A stretch of DNA of 64,000 nucleotides from Selaginella moellendorffii (GCF_000143415.4 NW_003314326.1:682001-746000), one strand, 5' to 3'. Counted from the stretch's first letter, positions 47,888-61,985 are shown. The notes: generated by a model from the letters alone, not told the origin. A program made the numbers and translations.

Positions 47888-50439
47888 ATACTATATTAAT
47901 AATAAAATAATAATATTGCATTGGATATATTTAAGATAATTCCACCTATTAGACATTTTGATTCAAAACATATTTTGGCATCACATATTCAGATTTACTT
48001 ATGGAAGATGCTTTGGATCAAACGGCCTAAATCCGTGGTGTTGTTTAGAAAATGGGAAGCCTTAGATTCTGAATTTTCCAGGAATGCCTGGATGTGTTCG
48101 GATGCATAGAGCACTCGCCATGATCTTGGAGGAATAAGTCTGTTCGGGCATGGAAAACAAATCAATGTCACTTTCTCACAGTTATTTGTGTCAGAGCGAG
48201 GCACTGTGTTGATCGAGTTTGCAAAATTCCAGGATAGTTTTATAACACCGAGAGTTCCTCTTTTAGGGTCGGCATGTGGTCTTCTATGTGGGTATCAACT
48301 CCATGCATTTTATGCCAAGCTACGTCTCCTCTCCTCAAGCACAAAACAAAAATGTAGGATTCTTACCTCTGATGGACAATAACTTTAGATCCTCGGCCAG
48401 TTCTTATCTTGTTTTTATGTTATTTCGGAAGAACAAAAGGAATTTGTGAAAGAAACCAAGTTGCAGTGGGGCAAGATTAGAATTCAGAAATATTCCAGCG
48501 AGCGAAGGCGCAGTACCATGATGAACAAGGAGAACTGGAGACAAATGTGGGATTCCTTTCAGCAAATCTCATTGTAAATCCAACTTGCAGTGTAGATTTC
48601 GCGCATGCTTCAGCTACTTGATAAGAAATTGTGCCTATGCTGTGCCCCATGTCTCCAGATTCCTTTCCTGGGCAAATGCCAAAACCAAGACGTTTCACAC
48701 TATTGCATTTTTTCAGGGGCATCTTGCTGGAAAACTGAGCTTCCAAAACTCCTTGGATCAGCTGCTGCTCCGTATGGGCCAATTAAAGAACCAAAACTGG
48801 AGAAAAGAAAACACTTCCAGCCACCAGGGTCCATAGCTTTGCAAAAGTTGTCACGGATGCAAAACCGGTTGCCAAATCCATCTGAAACACAACCATTGTC
48901 TCAAGATGCCACCGCAGGTGGTTTGTCGAGGCAGGGCCAGTTGCTAGTGTGATATTCTGTCCAGGCCCCTGGTCATTAGCCGCAAGGATTAGAGCACATC
49001 CATGGTTAAAGAAAAAGAAACAACTTGATAGCAAACCGTCTAAGCATCCATAAGCTAGGAGTCGCTCTGGATGTTGGGGCGTTTCTATGGCCTCACCAGC
49101 CCCCGAGGAACGTGTTCTCTCCTCCAGGAGATGAACTTGGATGGATCCAGCCGACCCGACAGCTTCGTCTTCCCTCGTCCCTGCGCTGCCTTGCAAGATC
49201 GAGCTCCCCACGACCGGAGGACTGCTCCAGTGGGACACACTGGCCTCGCCGATGCGAGAGAGTGTTGGGTGTTGCCTCTTTGTGCTCAAGCAGCGCCTCA
49301 AAACGTTTGTTCCCAGTTTTTGCATAAGCTAAGGTCCTCGGTGGCTGGGAGCTTTTTTTTTTTTTCTTTTTTGTAATTTTTTTTTTTGTTTCTTTGATTT
49401 GAACTTTGCACCTTTCCATTATGGGGGCAGGCTCTTCACCACTCAAGGCCTTAGCTTGACATGACCCCACCAAAATATGATCAAACCAGCCATGCCTCCC
49501 ACAACCGTTAACCTGGGCTGATTTCTCTTGGTCGGTCAAACATGTGTTTCTTGTGCTTTTCTTTCGCAGACTCTCTCGATTTCCATGCTGATGAGTCTTA
49601 ATGTCGCCAATTTTGCCATTCTCCGCGTCAATCGTTCCAGGCAGCCCATAGATGCCCCGATTAAGCTGTGCTGCTTTTCCTTCACTTTGGGCCTGGTCAT
49701 TTTTTCTTATTCAAGAGCTCAGTGGTTTATAGTCTTGTGTAGTTTTGGAGAGTCGACTGCTCGCTTGCTTGAGCCGAGCAACGACTTCCATAGACGTTTC
49801 TGGATTTGAAAGAAAGGTAGAGAGTGTGGAGTGAGTGAGTAAGTAAGATCACAGCATTCCACCTGAAGCTACCCCACTCTGGGATCCATTCCAGCAACGA
49901 GTGCGGATTTCACGCTTTTCTTACCCGCTTAAAGAGCATCATGCCCGTGCTGTGGCATTTTCTGAAATGAATGCCTGCTTTCCTCTCCTCAGCAAATGCT
50001 GCAGTCTCTCACCCATCTCGGGATTATGGACGAAGCCAAGAGCTACTTCTCAATCTCTGGCATTGTTAGCATTTCATTCCAGATCCACGTTCCATGAGAA
50101 ACTTCCTTCTTTGCAAAGTTCGCCCCACATCCAGCTCACATTGCAGTTGTGAAATGAACACTGGCACTACTCTAGATTCCCTCCCCGGGCTGTGGGGCAT
50201 CTACCTTGACGGTTCAAGTGCCAGATAGGTCCTTCATTTGGATGGTTTCATGTTCCAGGAAAAGTTGTCCTGCAAGAATAGGGTCCTTGTTCCTATAGTT
50301 GGCAAGGAATCTAGGAGGTGATGAAAAGGTCACCAACAAAGAAAGTACCTCCTAAAAATATAAGGAGACTAAGTCTGTTATTGGAGTGTCATCAGTGGAA
50401 GAGGTGGTCATCAAAAGAAAACAAAAGCAAACTAAATAC

Positions 50440-50868
50440 ATAAACCAAAAGTGTTGGGATATAAAGTTTTAACCTGGGGATAAGGTGTGGCTAAATACTG
50501 GATCAACCAAAAATTGACCCAAAGGTAAAATGCATATATTTTTAGAAATGAACTAATTTTGAGTTCTTTAAGCAGGTTCGCGAGGCCTTATGAGATTAAG
50601 GCTCGAATTAATAAGATGGCTTACCACCTCCAACTTCCTTGGGAGATGGGGAAGATGCACTTTGTGTTCCACGTGAACTTAGTCAAGCCGTATTTTAAGG
50701 ATCTCCTTCGCAAGAACCAAGTAAAACCTTTAGCTGAGGTTATCCAAAAGGAAGAGGAATACGAAGTCGAAGCTATCTTCAATGCATGCAAGAGCAAGTG
50801 ATAAGGACGCAAGGTGAAGGAGTTCCATATGAAGTGGAAAGGATTTCCACACTGTAAAGCAACATGAG
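50440..50868 (+). mobile_element. Degenerate family-E integrase C-terminus/chromodomain fragment
   Basis: Homologous to 60290-60745 (RF.GPYEI..EEEYEVEAI..KWKGFPH). Confidence 0.85.
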
Positions 50869-50879
50869 GTTTGTTTCAA

Positions 50880-52406
50880 ACAAGAAAGAGGGGTTTTGGC
50901 GAGCTCGAGGACGATGACGATCTTTTTCCCTCAAAGAAGGTACTACATTTTCTTTCTCTCTCCTCTGGTTTAGAAACTTGCAAATGTGAAGGAAAAGCTC
51001 ACAAAAGGAATCGTGTATCTTGCGTGTAGATTTATGGATCAGCAGTGGCCGCGGGAAGTGATCACGCGACTACTACCATACTCAATCTTCGCGGCAGGTA
51101 ATCTTTCTATCACGTATAGCTTCCAAACTTGCGCTTCTTTCTCATGTAGTTTAGAAGAGCGTGATGGGACCATTGCATCACTAAAGGTATATTGCAAAGC
51201 AGCACAAGCTCTTTGATACAGTTCATCGCTTAGCTTCCTTTGGCTTTTGGCAGGCTGACCTTGCCACTGCCAATGGAGAGCTAGACAAATGGAGGAATTT
51301 GTTTCAAAGTGGAGAGTCAGTTCTACCAGAAAACTCAACTTCAGGTCTATCAACTTACCTTGTGTTTGCTTACTGTTCTGATATGTATGTTGTTGTTAGA
51401 TCCTCGGCTGATCTTGGATCATATAAAATCTCTCCAAGCATCCCAAGCTCGTGTGAAAGACCAGGTTCACAAGTTTGGCGTTGCGAGTTGTGCATTTTCC
51501 TTGTTCTTTTTGTTTCTGATCGAGTCTTCTTTGTCGTTTCACAGCTCGCATCATCCAGGCGCAAGGAAACTGCCATGCTGATCCATTTGTCAAACAAGGA
51601 ACAAGAAATTGCAGAGATGAAGGCAAGTCTTTCTTCAATGTTTCTTTTTTTTTTTATGTTTTTTATTTTGTTATAAACGCAATGGCACTTTAGACTGTCG
51701 TTCACGATTTGAAGCTTTCGTTGAGGCCTCCAACGCTTCAGGTACTCGTGTATTTTCCAGGCTAGCTAGTGATCTTACAACTTTGTTTGGTCGCAGTCTC
51801 GTCGTCTTTTGCTGGATCCTGCTATACATGTAGAATTTACACGTATGAAGGTTAGTCTTTTCCAGACAATGGTAACACTGTCTGAGGTTGTGACTTCAAA
51901 GTCTAGAAGGAGCTGGAAATTGCGAAAAAGAAGGCCAAAGAGCTGACTGACGATCTCGCCGCTGTCCAGTTCACTCCGCACAGTAAAAACGGCAAAATGC
52001 TCATGGCAAAGTGTCGTACGCTGCAAGAGGAAAACGAAGAAATAGGGAGGGAGGCTTCGGAGGGCAAGGTTCGTGTCTTTCCGGTATCTTGGACTTGTTT
52101 CAAGCAGAACGTTACAGATACATGATCTGGAAACAAGGCTGGCTGTTCAAAAGTCGTTGAGCTCTGAATTGAAACGTGGTTATCAAGGTTTGTAATCGCA
52201 CAACGAATCTCCTGAGCGTTCTAAAGGTTTAAAATGTTGCGCCAGAGCTGTTTCGGTACGTCCGTGATCTCAATGAAGAGACGGAGAGGATGCAGCAAAT
52301 GGTACAAGCTGGGAGGTTTATTTTCAAAGCTTTGACATGTTTGTATTGGACACAGGTGCGTATACTCCAGAATCAAGTGGAGCAAAAGGACTGGCAAACG
52401 GTTTAG
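50880..52406 (+). pseudogene. FIP37: FIP37/WTAP (m6A writer complex subunit) gene copy, truncated at both ends
   Basis: About 12 short exons: KRGFGELEDDDDLF, SRRLLLDPAIHVEFTRMK, ELTDDLAAVQFTPHSKNGKMLMAKCRTLQEENEEIGREASEGK, etc. GC-AG intron at 51623. No in-frame ATG or first exon (TE fragment upstream). Early TAG at 52404-52406. Confidence 0.9.
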
Positions 52407-52999
52407 GTTCCGAGCGAGCTCGCCACCTCGGTTTGATATCCGAAACGATACAACTCCCACAAATGATGCACTTTGAAACTTCCACTTTCCCTCACTGTCC
52501 GTAGAAACCACGTCCTTTAGTAGGTTGTAAGAATTCCATAGTCCAACTTCATTGTCGAGCATGTAGTTCTCAATTTGCTCCACAGAATTCTTGACGGAGT
52601 AGAGATTCACCAGATGTGCACTTTCTTTACTTGTCTGCTGGGCTGCCTCCGGGTCGGTGTTCCCTGGTTCGAATCAGGTTCTAGATGAACATTGGTTTTC
52701 GCATCTATACAACAAAATCTCGAAATATGCTGTGCCATGAACGCATTGTAATTAATTATTCGGGAAGGAAATATCCATCCATATTTGGCATAGGAGGTGT
52801 ATCTACAATCACATTTCTTCCAGATAGCAGCAGCTGCGAAGCGCATCGACCTGCGAAAATTGATCAAACGAGCCAGGAGATTGAAGCACCTCTAGAAGGC
52901 ACCACTTCAAAGACAATGAAAACTCTTGCTTTCTTCGACATTGCAAATCACCTCTTAGGTGAGCTAGTAACGACGAGAGCAAGAGAATGAGACGATTGT

Positions 53000-53960
53000 C
53001 TTGCTCTTTTCATGATCATCTTCTTTGATGACATCTCAGTTCACAGCAAAGACACCAAGGAACAATTATTGCACCTGGAACAAGTCTCAACTGCCTTAAA
53101 GAATTCTCACTAGTGGCCAAGCTGTCAAAGTGGGTATTCATGCAAATAGAGGTGGAGTATTTAAGTTTCCACATTTCAATGGGCCTCCTTCATCTTGATC
53201 TTGCAAAGCTAAGTGTGGTGGAGAATTGGCCAACACTAACCTCCTTAAAGTAGCTACATGCATTCCTTGGCCTTTGCAACTACTTGCAGAAGTTTATTGA
53301 GCACTATGCTGCCATTGCTGCTCCATTAACAAATATCTTACACACGTCATCATTCATTGGGAAGAGGTTATCAACAAATGTTCTCTACTAAACAAAATGA
53401 TCCTGGTGGCTCCAATTCTTCAACTCCCAGACTTCTCAAAGACATTCATCATTGAAACTAATGCTTCAGATGTTGGGACAACGGCTGTACTCAAACAAGA
53501 GCAAAGAATCATCACCTTCAAGAGCTATCATTTCAGTCCCCATGAGGTAAGTCTCCCTGCTTACAAATAGAAAATGCTGGTGGTGATGCATGTTGTGGAG
53601 GCAGAATTACTTGCTACTTTTGTGATTCATGCTCTAGAGAGATCACTATAGCATCAAGTTCCTGCTGGAACAACCACAGCTGAATAAGAAGTAGAGAGGG
53701 TGGATAGAGAAACTTCAAGTGCTTGACTTCACTATTGAATTCAAGCCGGGGAAGACAAATACCTTGCCAGATGCATTATCCAGGATGTTTGAGAAGCCGG
53801 CATCACAAGTCTCAATGGGAGTATCTAGACGGACACCAAACTTCCTAGCCAGAGTGGCAAAGGGATACAGAAATGACATGGTGCTTCACTTAGCTCTTAT
53901 AGTCCACTATTTAGTCATATCTTGAGTTTCTATTCAAGGATGGCCTTCTTTGAAGGAAAG
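53000..53960 (+). mobile_element. Degenerate Ty3/gypsy RT-RNase H fragment
   Basis: 'IFFDDISVHS', 'FLGLCNY', 'LPDFSKTFIIETNASDVG', 'FKPGKTNTLPDALSR', with stops. Confidence 0.8.
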
Positions 53961-54316
53961 TGTGAGACATAAATCCCAAAGCCCCAAAAGTGGAGCAAAA
54001 AGGGTTCCATGTGGTAGTGGCCAAAGCGAAAGCCAAACGAGAGTAATGCGTTTGGATTAAAACCTCTGACTTGAAAATTCGAGAACTTTCAACAAAGGAG
54101 ACTAGGACCGAGACCGGGACCAAGACTGAGACTGAGACCGGGACTGAAACTGGGACCGAGACTAAGTCTGAGTCCGAGTCTGAGTCCAAGTTTGAGTCCG
54201 AGTCTAAGTCCAAGTCTGAGTCTGAATATTAATACAGTGAAAGCCCAAAGTGATTGTCCCCTAGAGGGGGGGTTATAGGGGGTTCCAAAAGTATAATAGG
54301 GAGAGTGTGGGGGTTG
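53961..54316 (+). repeat. 5' part of a family-A LTR, interrupted by element E
   Basis: Starts TGTGAGACATAAATCC, as at 23945 and 29306. Confidence 0.8.
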
Positions 54317-57300
54317 TGTAAGGAACCAACTCCCTGAGGTGTTGTAGGCTAAGGGATCCCTGAAAGCATGACCGAAATGACAAAGAGTTCATCGGATGGG
54401 ACCGAGTCTGAGATCGAGTCCAAGACCGACTCTGAGACCGAGTTCGAGATAGAGTCCGAAATCGAGCCCGAGGCCGATTCGGAGACCGAGTTTAAGACTG
54501 AGTTCAAGACTGAGTTTGAGACAGAGTCCGAGATCCGAGATCGGGTCCGAGGTTGAGTCTGAAGTTGAGTCCAAGATCGGGTCCGAGATCGCATCCGAGA
54601 TCGAGTCCGAAATCAAATCCGAAGTCGGGTCCGAGACCGAGTCCGAGTACTAATACAGGTCAAGGGGTGAAAGCCCAAAGCGTGCATCTCCCGGGGGGGG
54701 CAGGGGGGGGGGGGGGGGGGCTGTAGGGGGTTCCAAAAGTATAGTAGGGATAGGGAGGTCCAAGAACCAGTCTTGAAAGAACTCTCTAGTGGTGCTTCTA
54801 AACTGACTTGAGGTTGAGACTGGGGCCAAGGGGCCTTGGGTGGGAGTGAGCATGGACTCGGGTGGTGCCGGAGGGGCCACCCAAGGAAGTGCTCAAGAGC
54901 AGCTCCCACTCCCGAAAGGGAAACCGACTGCAGTGCTCCCGGTTCATGTGGAGTGGTGCCCCACTTGAGTACCTTGTGGCTCATTGGTCCTCGCCCTTCC
55001 TAGGGGCACTTAGCTAAAGCCAAGGCAGTGTTAGTCAGATAGACGAGGTAAGCTGGAAAATTGGAAAGGAAAAATTGGTGGCTTACAATTTGGTATCAGA
55101 GCCTTTTCCTCAGTTCTAGCGAAGGATAAAGGCGGATTGCTGAGAGATGGCAAAGGCAGGGTGTAAACGAACCAAGGCGGAGACAGAGCTGGAGCCTCTA
55201 GTCGAACAAGAGGCTATGGATAAGGAATCCTTGCATGAGGAGGACTCTAGCGAGAAAACTTCCAAACAGGAGTCCGGTGGCGAGGTTCGGTCATCCAAGA
55301 CTCGATTGGACATTCTAGAAGGATAATTGGCACAGACCAATGCCCTGCTGGAGACTCTCATACGCAAGCTAAAGCGTGATGAGAAGCGGAAGAAAAAGAG
55401 AAAGACTGCGGATGCTGGCAGCGCAAAAGTTGCAGACCCTTCGGTAGGAACGGAGGCAGAACCAAACAAGGTCGAACAGACCGAAGTGGAATCAGTCCCT
55501 CAGGAAGTTCCCAAGTACAAACCAAAGCCCCCACCGGTCTTCAAAGGAGTGAACGACTATAAGGTGGTGGAGGATTGGTTTTATAATATGGAGGACTACT
55601 TTCGAGCGTTGCGGTTACCGAGCTCAGAGAAAGTCCCATATGCAAAACCATACTTGGCAGATAATGCCAAGTCTTGGTGGAGAATGACAGAGGCCAACGA
55701 AGGACCGGTGGCCACTTGAGAAATGATGAAGGTGAAGATCCACACGACTTACGTTCCTCTGAATGCTACTCTGCATCTAAGATATGAGCTGAGTAGGCTG
55801 AAGCAGACCGGAACCATTTAAGAGTATGTGAATGGGTTTATGGCAAAGAGGATACTTGTCACGGACATGGGGGATATGGATGTGTTCCATGCCTTTATAT
55901 CAGGCTTGCAAACCTGGGCTCGCGGTGAGGTGATGCGTTGGAACCCGACCAACTACAAGGAAGTGTTGGATGCGGCCATCAAGGTGTATTTCAACGATCA
56001 CCTACGAAAGGGGAACACGATGGGGTCGGGGTCCATGTTTAGCAAAGGGGCCAACCAAAGGGGAATGTATAGCAAAGGGAAATTCAAAAAGAGTTTCTCT
56101 AAGAATGAGTCCTTGGGGTTCCGGTAAGGCAAATCCGGTGGCCAGCGAGCAAATATGTGGGGAAGTCAAGCAAAAAGAGACAAACCCACGGATAAGAAGG
56201 TCAAGTTAGGTAGTAACGTGGAAAACAACGTATGCTACAACTGCAGTGAAGCATGACACTTTTCAAGGGAATGTTCCTACCCGAAGAAGGCCAAAGCCAA
56301 TATGGCCATTTAGTCGGGTGAAATCCAAAATGAGGTATGTGATCCAGTCCCTAGCTCAAAGTTACTCATTACACGAGCAACTTTGGTAGAGAGTTGTTCG
56401 CGACATCTACTAGCCCTCCGAGGGAAACTCGGAGGTAGCTTTGTTAAGATCTTTATTGACATCGGTGCTTTGGATAATATTGTGGCTGCAAACATAGTCT
56501 GGCAAGCCGGACTAACGGTGCAGCGGCTGGATGAATCAAGGACTATAGAGTTTGTTCAAGGTAGCCAAAACATCAATGTACTTCGACAAGCGAGAGTCGA
56601 AGTAGGGACATGGAAAGTATACATGGATTTCACCGTATTGGACATGGCGGGATTTGACGTGATCTTCGGGATGAATTGGTTCAATCGGTTCATGGTAGCC
56701 CTGCATGGACAAGGTAGGAACCTTGTGGTACTAGCGAATGCCCAAGGAAGAAAATCCAGGGTGGAGGCCCAAGATCTAAAGATAGGGCAATGCAAGGCCA
56801 AAGATTCCTGTTTAAACTTGGTGTCCACGAGAGGACAACTCACTAAAGGAATCAAGGTTGCATTTTTGTGCTTACTCTCGGCGAAGAGTGATAAAAAGAC
56901 GGGAACGGAAGAAGTACCTTTAGTGATCTAGTGGGTGTTGGACCAATTCTAGGATACCATACTAGAGGAGCTATTGGCAGGGTTGTCCCCCGCACGACCG
57001 ATAAAACATAAGATTGAGCTGGTCGAGGGTGCTGAGGCGGTGGTTCGTCCCCTCTATCGTTTGGATGAAAAAGAACTCGAGGAGCTCAAGTGCCAACTAG
57101 AAGAGTTGGTGGACAAAGGGTATGTTAAGTTGAGCAAATCGCCGTATGGGGTGCCAGTGTTATTTGTGAAAAAGAAAGATGGATCTATACGCATGTGCAT
57201 AGACTACCGGCTGCTCAACAAATATACAAAGAAGAACAAGTACCTTTTGCCAAGGATTGAGGACCTGTTCGATAGGTTGGGAAAAGAAAAATACTTCTCG

Positions 57301-60300
57301 AGGATTGACCTAAGGTCAGGATACTACCAGATCAGGGTAGCAGAGGAAGATGTCGAGAAAACAACCTGTCGAACAAGGTATGGGAGATTTGAGTTTCTGG
57401 TGATGCCCTTTGGGCTATGCAATGTGCCGACAACGTTTCAGGCGTTGATGAACCACATCTTTGTACCCTATCTGGATCACTTTGTGGTCGTCTATATTGA
57501 CGACATCCTGATCTATAGCAAAACGCTAGAGGAGCATGCTGAACACTTGACAAAGGTGTTTGAGAAACTAAGGGAACACCAGCTATATGCTAAAGAGAGC
57601 AAATGTGACTTTGCTTAACAAGAGGTAAAGTTTCTCGGGCATGTGGTGGGCAAGGACGGGCTCAAGGTGGACCCTGAGAAGGTCCAAGCGATCCAGGATT
57701 GGGAGCGACCATCGAATGTACACGAGTTAAGGGCATTCTTGGGGCTATGCAACTACTACCGAAAGTTTATCAAACACTATTCGAGAGTAGCCCTGCCCTT
57801 AACAGACCAAACGGGAAAAGGGAAGATGGTATGGACAGCAGAATGCAAGGCGGCATTTGTCCACCTCAAGGGGAAGTTGAGGAAGGCTCTCGTGTTGGCA
57901 TTACCAGACTTTGGTAAAGACTTTGAGGTAGAAACGGATGTTTCAGACTTTGCGTTGGGCATAGTTTTGAAGCAAGACAACCATCCAGTAGTGTTCTTCT
58001 CGAAGAAGTTGGACAAGGCTCAACTGAAATGGCCTGCCCACGAGAAGGAATTATTTGCGGTGGTCAAGGCGCTCAAAGAGTGGTGACACTACCTTGGGAG
58101 ACACTTCAAGGTTTACACGGACAATGTGGCAATGAAACACTTCTTGTCATAGCCTGACCTGAGAGGGAAACAGGGTCGGTGGGACGATGCTTTGGCCGAG
58201 TTTAATTGCAAGATTCTGTACAAGCCTGGGAAGAGCAACATCGTGGCAGATGCACTAAGTCGAAAAGCAAGCTTGAAGTTGGCAATATCCAGCGTGACAG
58301 CAACCTTTTGGGATGATGTGCGAATAGCATATGAGAATGATGGTCTAGCACAAGAAGTGTTACTGAGAAATCTAGAGGCACAGGAAGCTCACCAGAGAGG
58401 TGAGCTGCCAACGGAAGAGAAAACGGGCTATGCAGAACGCAACGGACTCATCTATTACAAGCAAATAAGGGTGTATGTTCCAGAAGGGGAACTAAGGAAG
58501 GTAGCCTTAGAAGAGTGTCATGACGGACCTCTTGCGGGACACGGCAGTGCTTACTCAAGAGGAAGTACCACTGGCCAAATATGGCTAAGGACGTCCAAAA
58601 CTATGTAAAGACATGTCCAACATGTCAGCAGGTCAAAGCCGTGACTAAGGCTAGTGGGGTCTTGTTACAAAGCATCCCAATTCTAGATCATCTGTGGAAA
58701 TGTCTTATGATGGACTTCATCACGGGACTCCCCCCAAGTGAGGGGTTTGATGCGATATTCATGGTGGTGGACCGATTTTCGAAGATGGCACATTTCATAC
58801 CCACCACAACGGAAGTGGATGTGGAAGGTGTGGTAAAGCTGCTCTTCGAACAAGTGGTTCGAGTGCGGGGAAGGCCAGAGGAGATCATCTCAGATCGAGA
58901 TAAGATCTTCACTAGCAAGTTCTGGATGTAGCGCACCTTATCTCTCTCCCCTTAAGCCAATTGGAAAAGGGGCAATTGCTTGATGAGAGAGCCCTTAGTG
59001 GCTAATTTATCCCCATTTATCCTCCAAGGTTCCAAGGATCCACGGTGACAGTATATCTAAATCTCATCGCATGATCACATGCGCTACACTCACCCCCCCT
59101 TCAGAGATGTCAATGTCCTCATTGACTATTGACTAACAACCCCTACTGAGCCAAGGGGAACCAGCACCTCCATTTCTGCACTAGATCTACCAATCCTCTA
59201 CACTCACCCCCCCACGGTGACAGTATATCCAAATCTCATCGCATGATCACATGCGCTACACTCACCCCCCTTCAGAGATGTCAATGTCCTCATTGACTAT
59301 TGACTAACAACCCCTACTGAGCCAAGGGGAACCAGCACCTCCATTTCTGCACTAGATCTACCAATCCTTTACACTCACCCCCCCTTCAGAGATGTCAATG
59401 TCCTCATTGACTATTGACTAACAACCCCTACTGAGCTAAGGGGAACCAGCACCTCCATTTCTGCACTAGATCTACCAATCCTTCTATTGTGTAGATCAGC
59501 TATTCCATGTGAGGCAACTAGTCATCCACCCGTACCGCAGTCCCATGGTGGATACTCCACACAAGAGGAATGACGTACGCATGGATGCCCAATATGTACA
59601 ATTTCAAATTTAGGGGTAGGAATATACCTTGCTCAAGGGTATATTATACTTTTAAGTAGCCACTAATCAATGGGAATCGAACCCGTGCTATTTGCTCCGA
59701 TACCAACTGTAGCGCATCTTATCTCTCTCCCCTTAAGCCAATTGGAAAAGGGGCAATTGCTTGATGAGGGAGCCCTTAGTGGCTATTTTATCCCCATTTA
59801 TCCTCCAAGGTTCCAAGGATCCACGGTGACAGTATATCCAAATCTCATCCCATGATCACATGCGCTACACTGGAGAACTCTCCTGGAACAGTATCGCACC
59901 AAGGTGAAATTCAGCACAGCCTATCACCCACAGACAGGTAATGGGGTATTAAGTCAAGTTGGATGGCACTAACATTTCTTGACAAATGGACAAACAGAAA
60001 GGGTGAATAGGCAGCTGGAGGATTATTTGCAATGTTATATCTTCGGAGACCAGACTGATTGGGTAAGTCATTTGGGACTTGCGGAAATGTGCTATAACAA
60101 CTAACCACACTCAAGTATCGGGGTGAGTCCATGGGAAGTCATCAATGGGCGAGCTATTGAAGGTCCTGTGGAACTTGGCGTGGCTGAGTACCATGGAGAG
60201 TTACCTGCAGTGGAGGCATTCACGGCGGAAAGACTCAACATTTGGAATCTAGTGAGGGATTCCTTGGAATGGGCTCAACAAAGGCAAACCAAGTATGCGA

Positions 60301-61040
60301 ACCAAAAGTGTCAGGACGTAGAGTTCCAACCTGGGGAGAAGGTGTGGCTAAACACCAAGAACCTAAGGCTACCAAGTGGGATCAGCCAGAAGTTGACCCA
60401 AAGGTAAGATGCATGTATTTCTGGAAATGAATTGATCTTGAGTTCCTTAAACAGGTTTGCAGGGCCTTACAAGATTGAGGCATGAATCGGTAAAGTGGCT
60501 TACCGCCTCCGACTTCCTCGAGAGATGGGGAAGATGCACCCAATATTCCATGTGAACTTACTCAAGTCGTACTTTGAGGATCCACTTCGCAAGGACCAAG
60601 TGAGACCTTTACCTGAGGTTATCCAAGGGGAAGAGGAATACGAAGTGGAGGCCATCCTCAATGCGTGCAAGAGCAAGTGACAAGGACACGAGGTGAGAGA
60701 GTTCCATGTGAAGTGGAAAGGATTTCCACACTGCAAAGCAACATGGGAACCGGAGGAGAACCTAACGAACGCGCGAGATCTAGTGGAGGAATTTCTACAA
60801 GGCAAAACTCTATGTACTTATGCAAAGTTCAATTAAAAGCATCCATTTGTGAAGTTGAGCAATGGCATATGTTGGGACCCGAAAGCGTGCCGAAGGTAAG
60901 CTAATTAGCATGGGTTAGCTAGGTCGACCAAGCGTAGAGAACTACGCCCGACTCCCCACGGGGATGTCGAATCCGTAGACATATTCTACGGAGGTTGGGT
61001 TCGAGTCCCAACCCCCTAGTAAAGCAAGGTTGGGTTTAAC
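54317..61040 (+). mobile_element. Family-E chromovirus (Ty3/gypsy), 3'-truncated and degenerate
   Basis: 5' LTR 54317-55087 (TGTAAGG..GCTTACA), PBS TGGTATCAGAGC (tRNA-iMet), gag from ~55147 with zinc knuckle ~56233-56277, protease, [10 protein letters not shown], RNase H, integrase, chromodomain ending ~60836. The 3' UTR breaks into (GA)n at ~61042 and no 3' LTR is present. Confidence 0.92.
58927..59869 (-). mobile_element. TRIM (family F) inserted in the E integrase
   Basis: 162-bp LTRs 58927-59088 and 59708-59869 (TGTAGCGCA..TGCGCTACA), TSD CTGGA, PBS rc at 59694-59705, PPT rc after 59088. Internal ~110-bp unit is triplicated. Confidence 0.92.
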
Positions 61041-61644
61041 CGAGAGAGAGAGAGAGAGAATGTGCCTAGAAATGCGAAGATCAAACCTGCTTTGATGCCG
61101 ACATCACCGACTACATCTCCACTTACATTCTAAATGACTGCTCACTTGCACTCTAATGCCTCTCTCCACTTTTCTGCGTATAATGTAGGCTGGAAGGCGT
61201 GAGAGTTGTCCAGCTCTTTCTCGTTTATGACACAGTTCCTTTGCCTTCTTTCTGTTCTTCCTCGGAAAATTACTCACTCAAAGTTTAGTTTCACTTCGAA
61301 CTGGATTCACTTCACAAATTGATTATGTTACCCTTTTTAGATCAATGGAGCATTCCGAATTTGGAATGTTTCTTTCCTGCACTGATTGAATACAGCTGCT
61401 TGTACTCTGACAATGTTCTCGCCTTACGTTCTTTGTAAAAGCGTCAACCTTCTCGATCAATCCCGACCACAATGGCAACTCCACGAGCGTCATCTTCTTT
61501 GTGCAGCCGCCCCCCATTCGTTCTCCCTAGAGGTTTCAAACCAATTCCGACCATAAAATAAAACCATAGTGGATGTTTAATCTAAACTCCCTTTACACAC
61601 TCAAGCCCATTTCCTCCTTTAAGCTTGTAAAATAAGGAAATATT

Positions 61645-61985
61645 TTAGGTTTTCACTATTTCACCAGAGACCCAGTTCTGTAGCGATTTGCCACAAGCCT
61701 CTGCTGGTGTTCTCCGATAACAAAAGAGCCTCCCACTTCTGAAATCCACGCCAGCCATCATGAGATGAAGAGATCTGAGTGGTGGAAGGAGAGTGAAATC
61801 TCTAACAGGCTCTTCCTCAATGCAATCGATAACATGTGTTGGTGTGTGATTGGCTTCTTGGATAAGATTCACAACGTGGTCGATGGATCTGCTTAACAGT
61901 GGAGGAAGCGATTGCAGTAAAGACTGCATTGCCAAGAAATCCATTGGCAAGTGGAGGATTGACATCCACGATGAACCTTAAGGGT
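61645..61985 (-). pseudogene. BAHD acyltransferase C-terminal remnant
   Basis: 'VDVNPPLANGFLGNAV' and a DFGWG-like 'VDFRSG' in different frames (frameshift). Confidence 0.65.

Noticed and set aside
48440-50330. Gene-like ORFs with apparent splice sites
   Set aside because: No recognisable family and no consistent exon chain could be built by eye.
50864-50866. TE-derived ATG as a start codon for FIP37
   Set aside because: Out of frame with the FIP37 exon, whose frame has TGA at 50865-50867.
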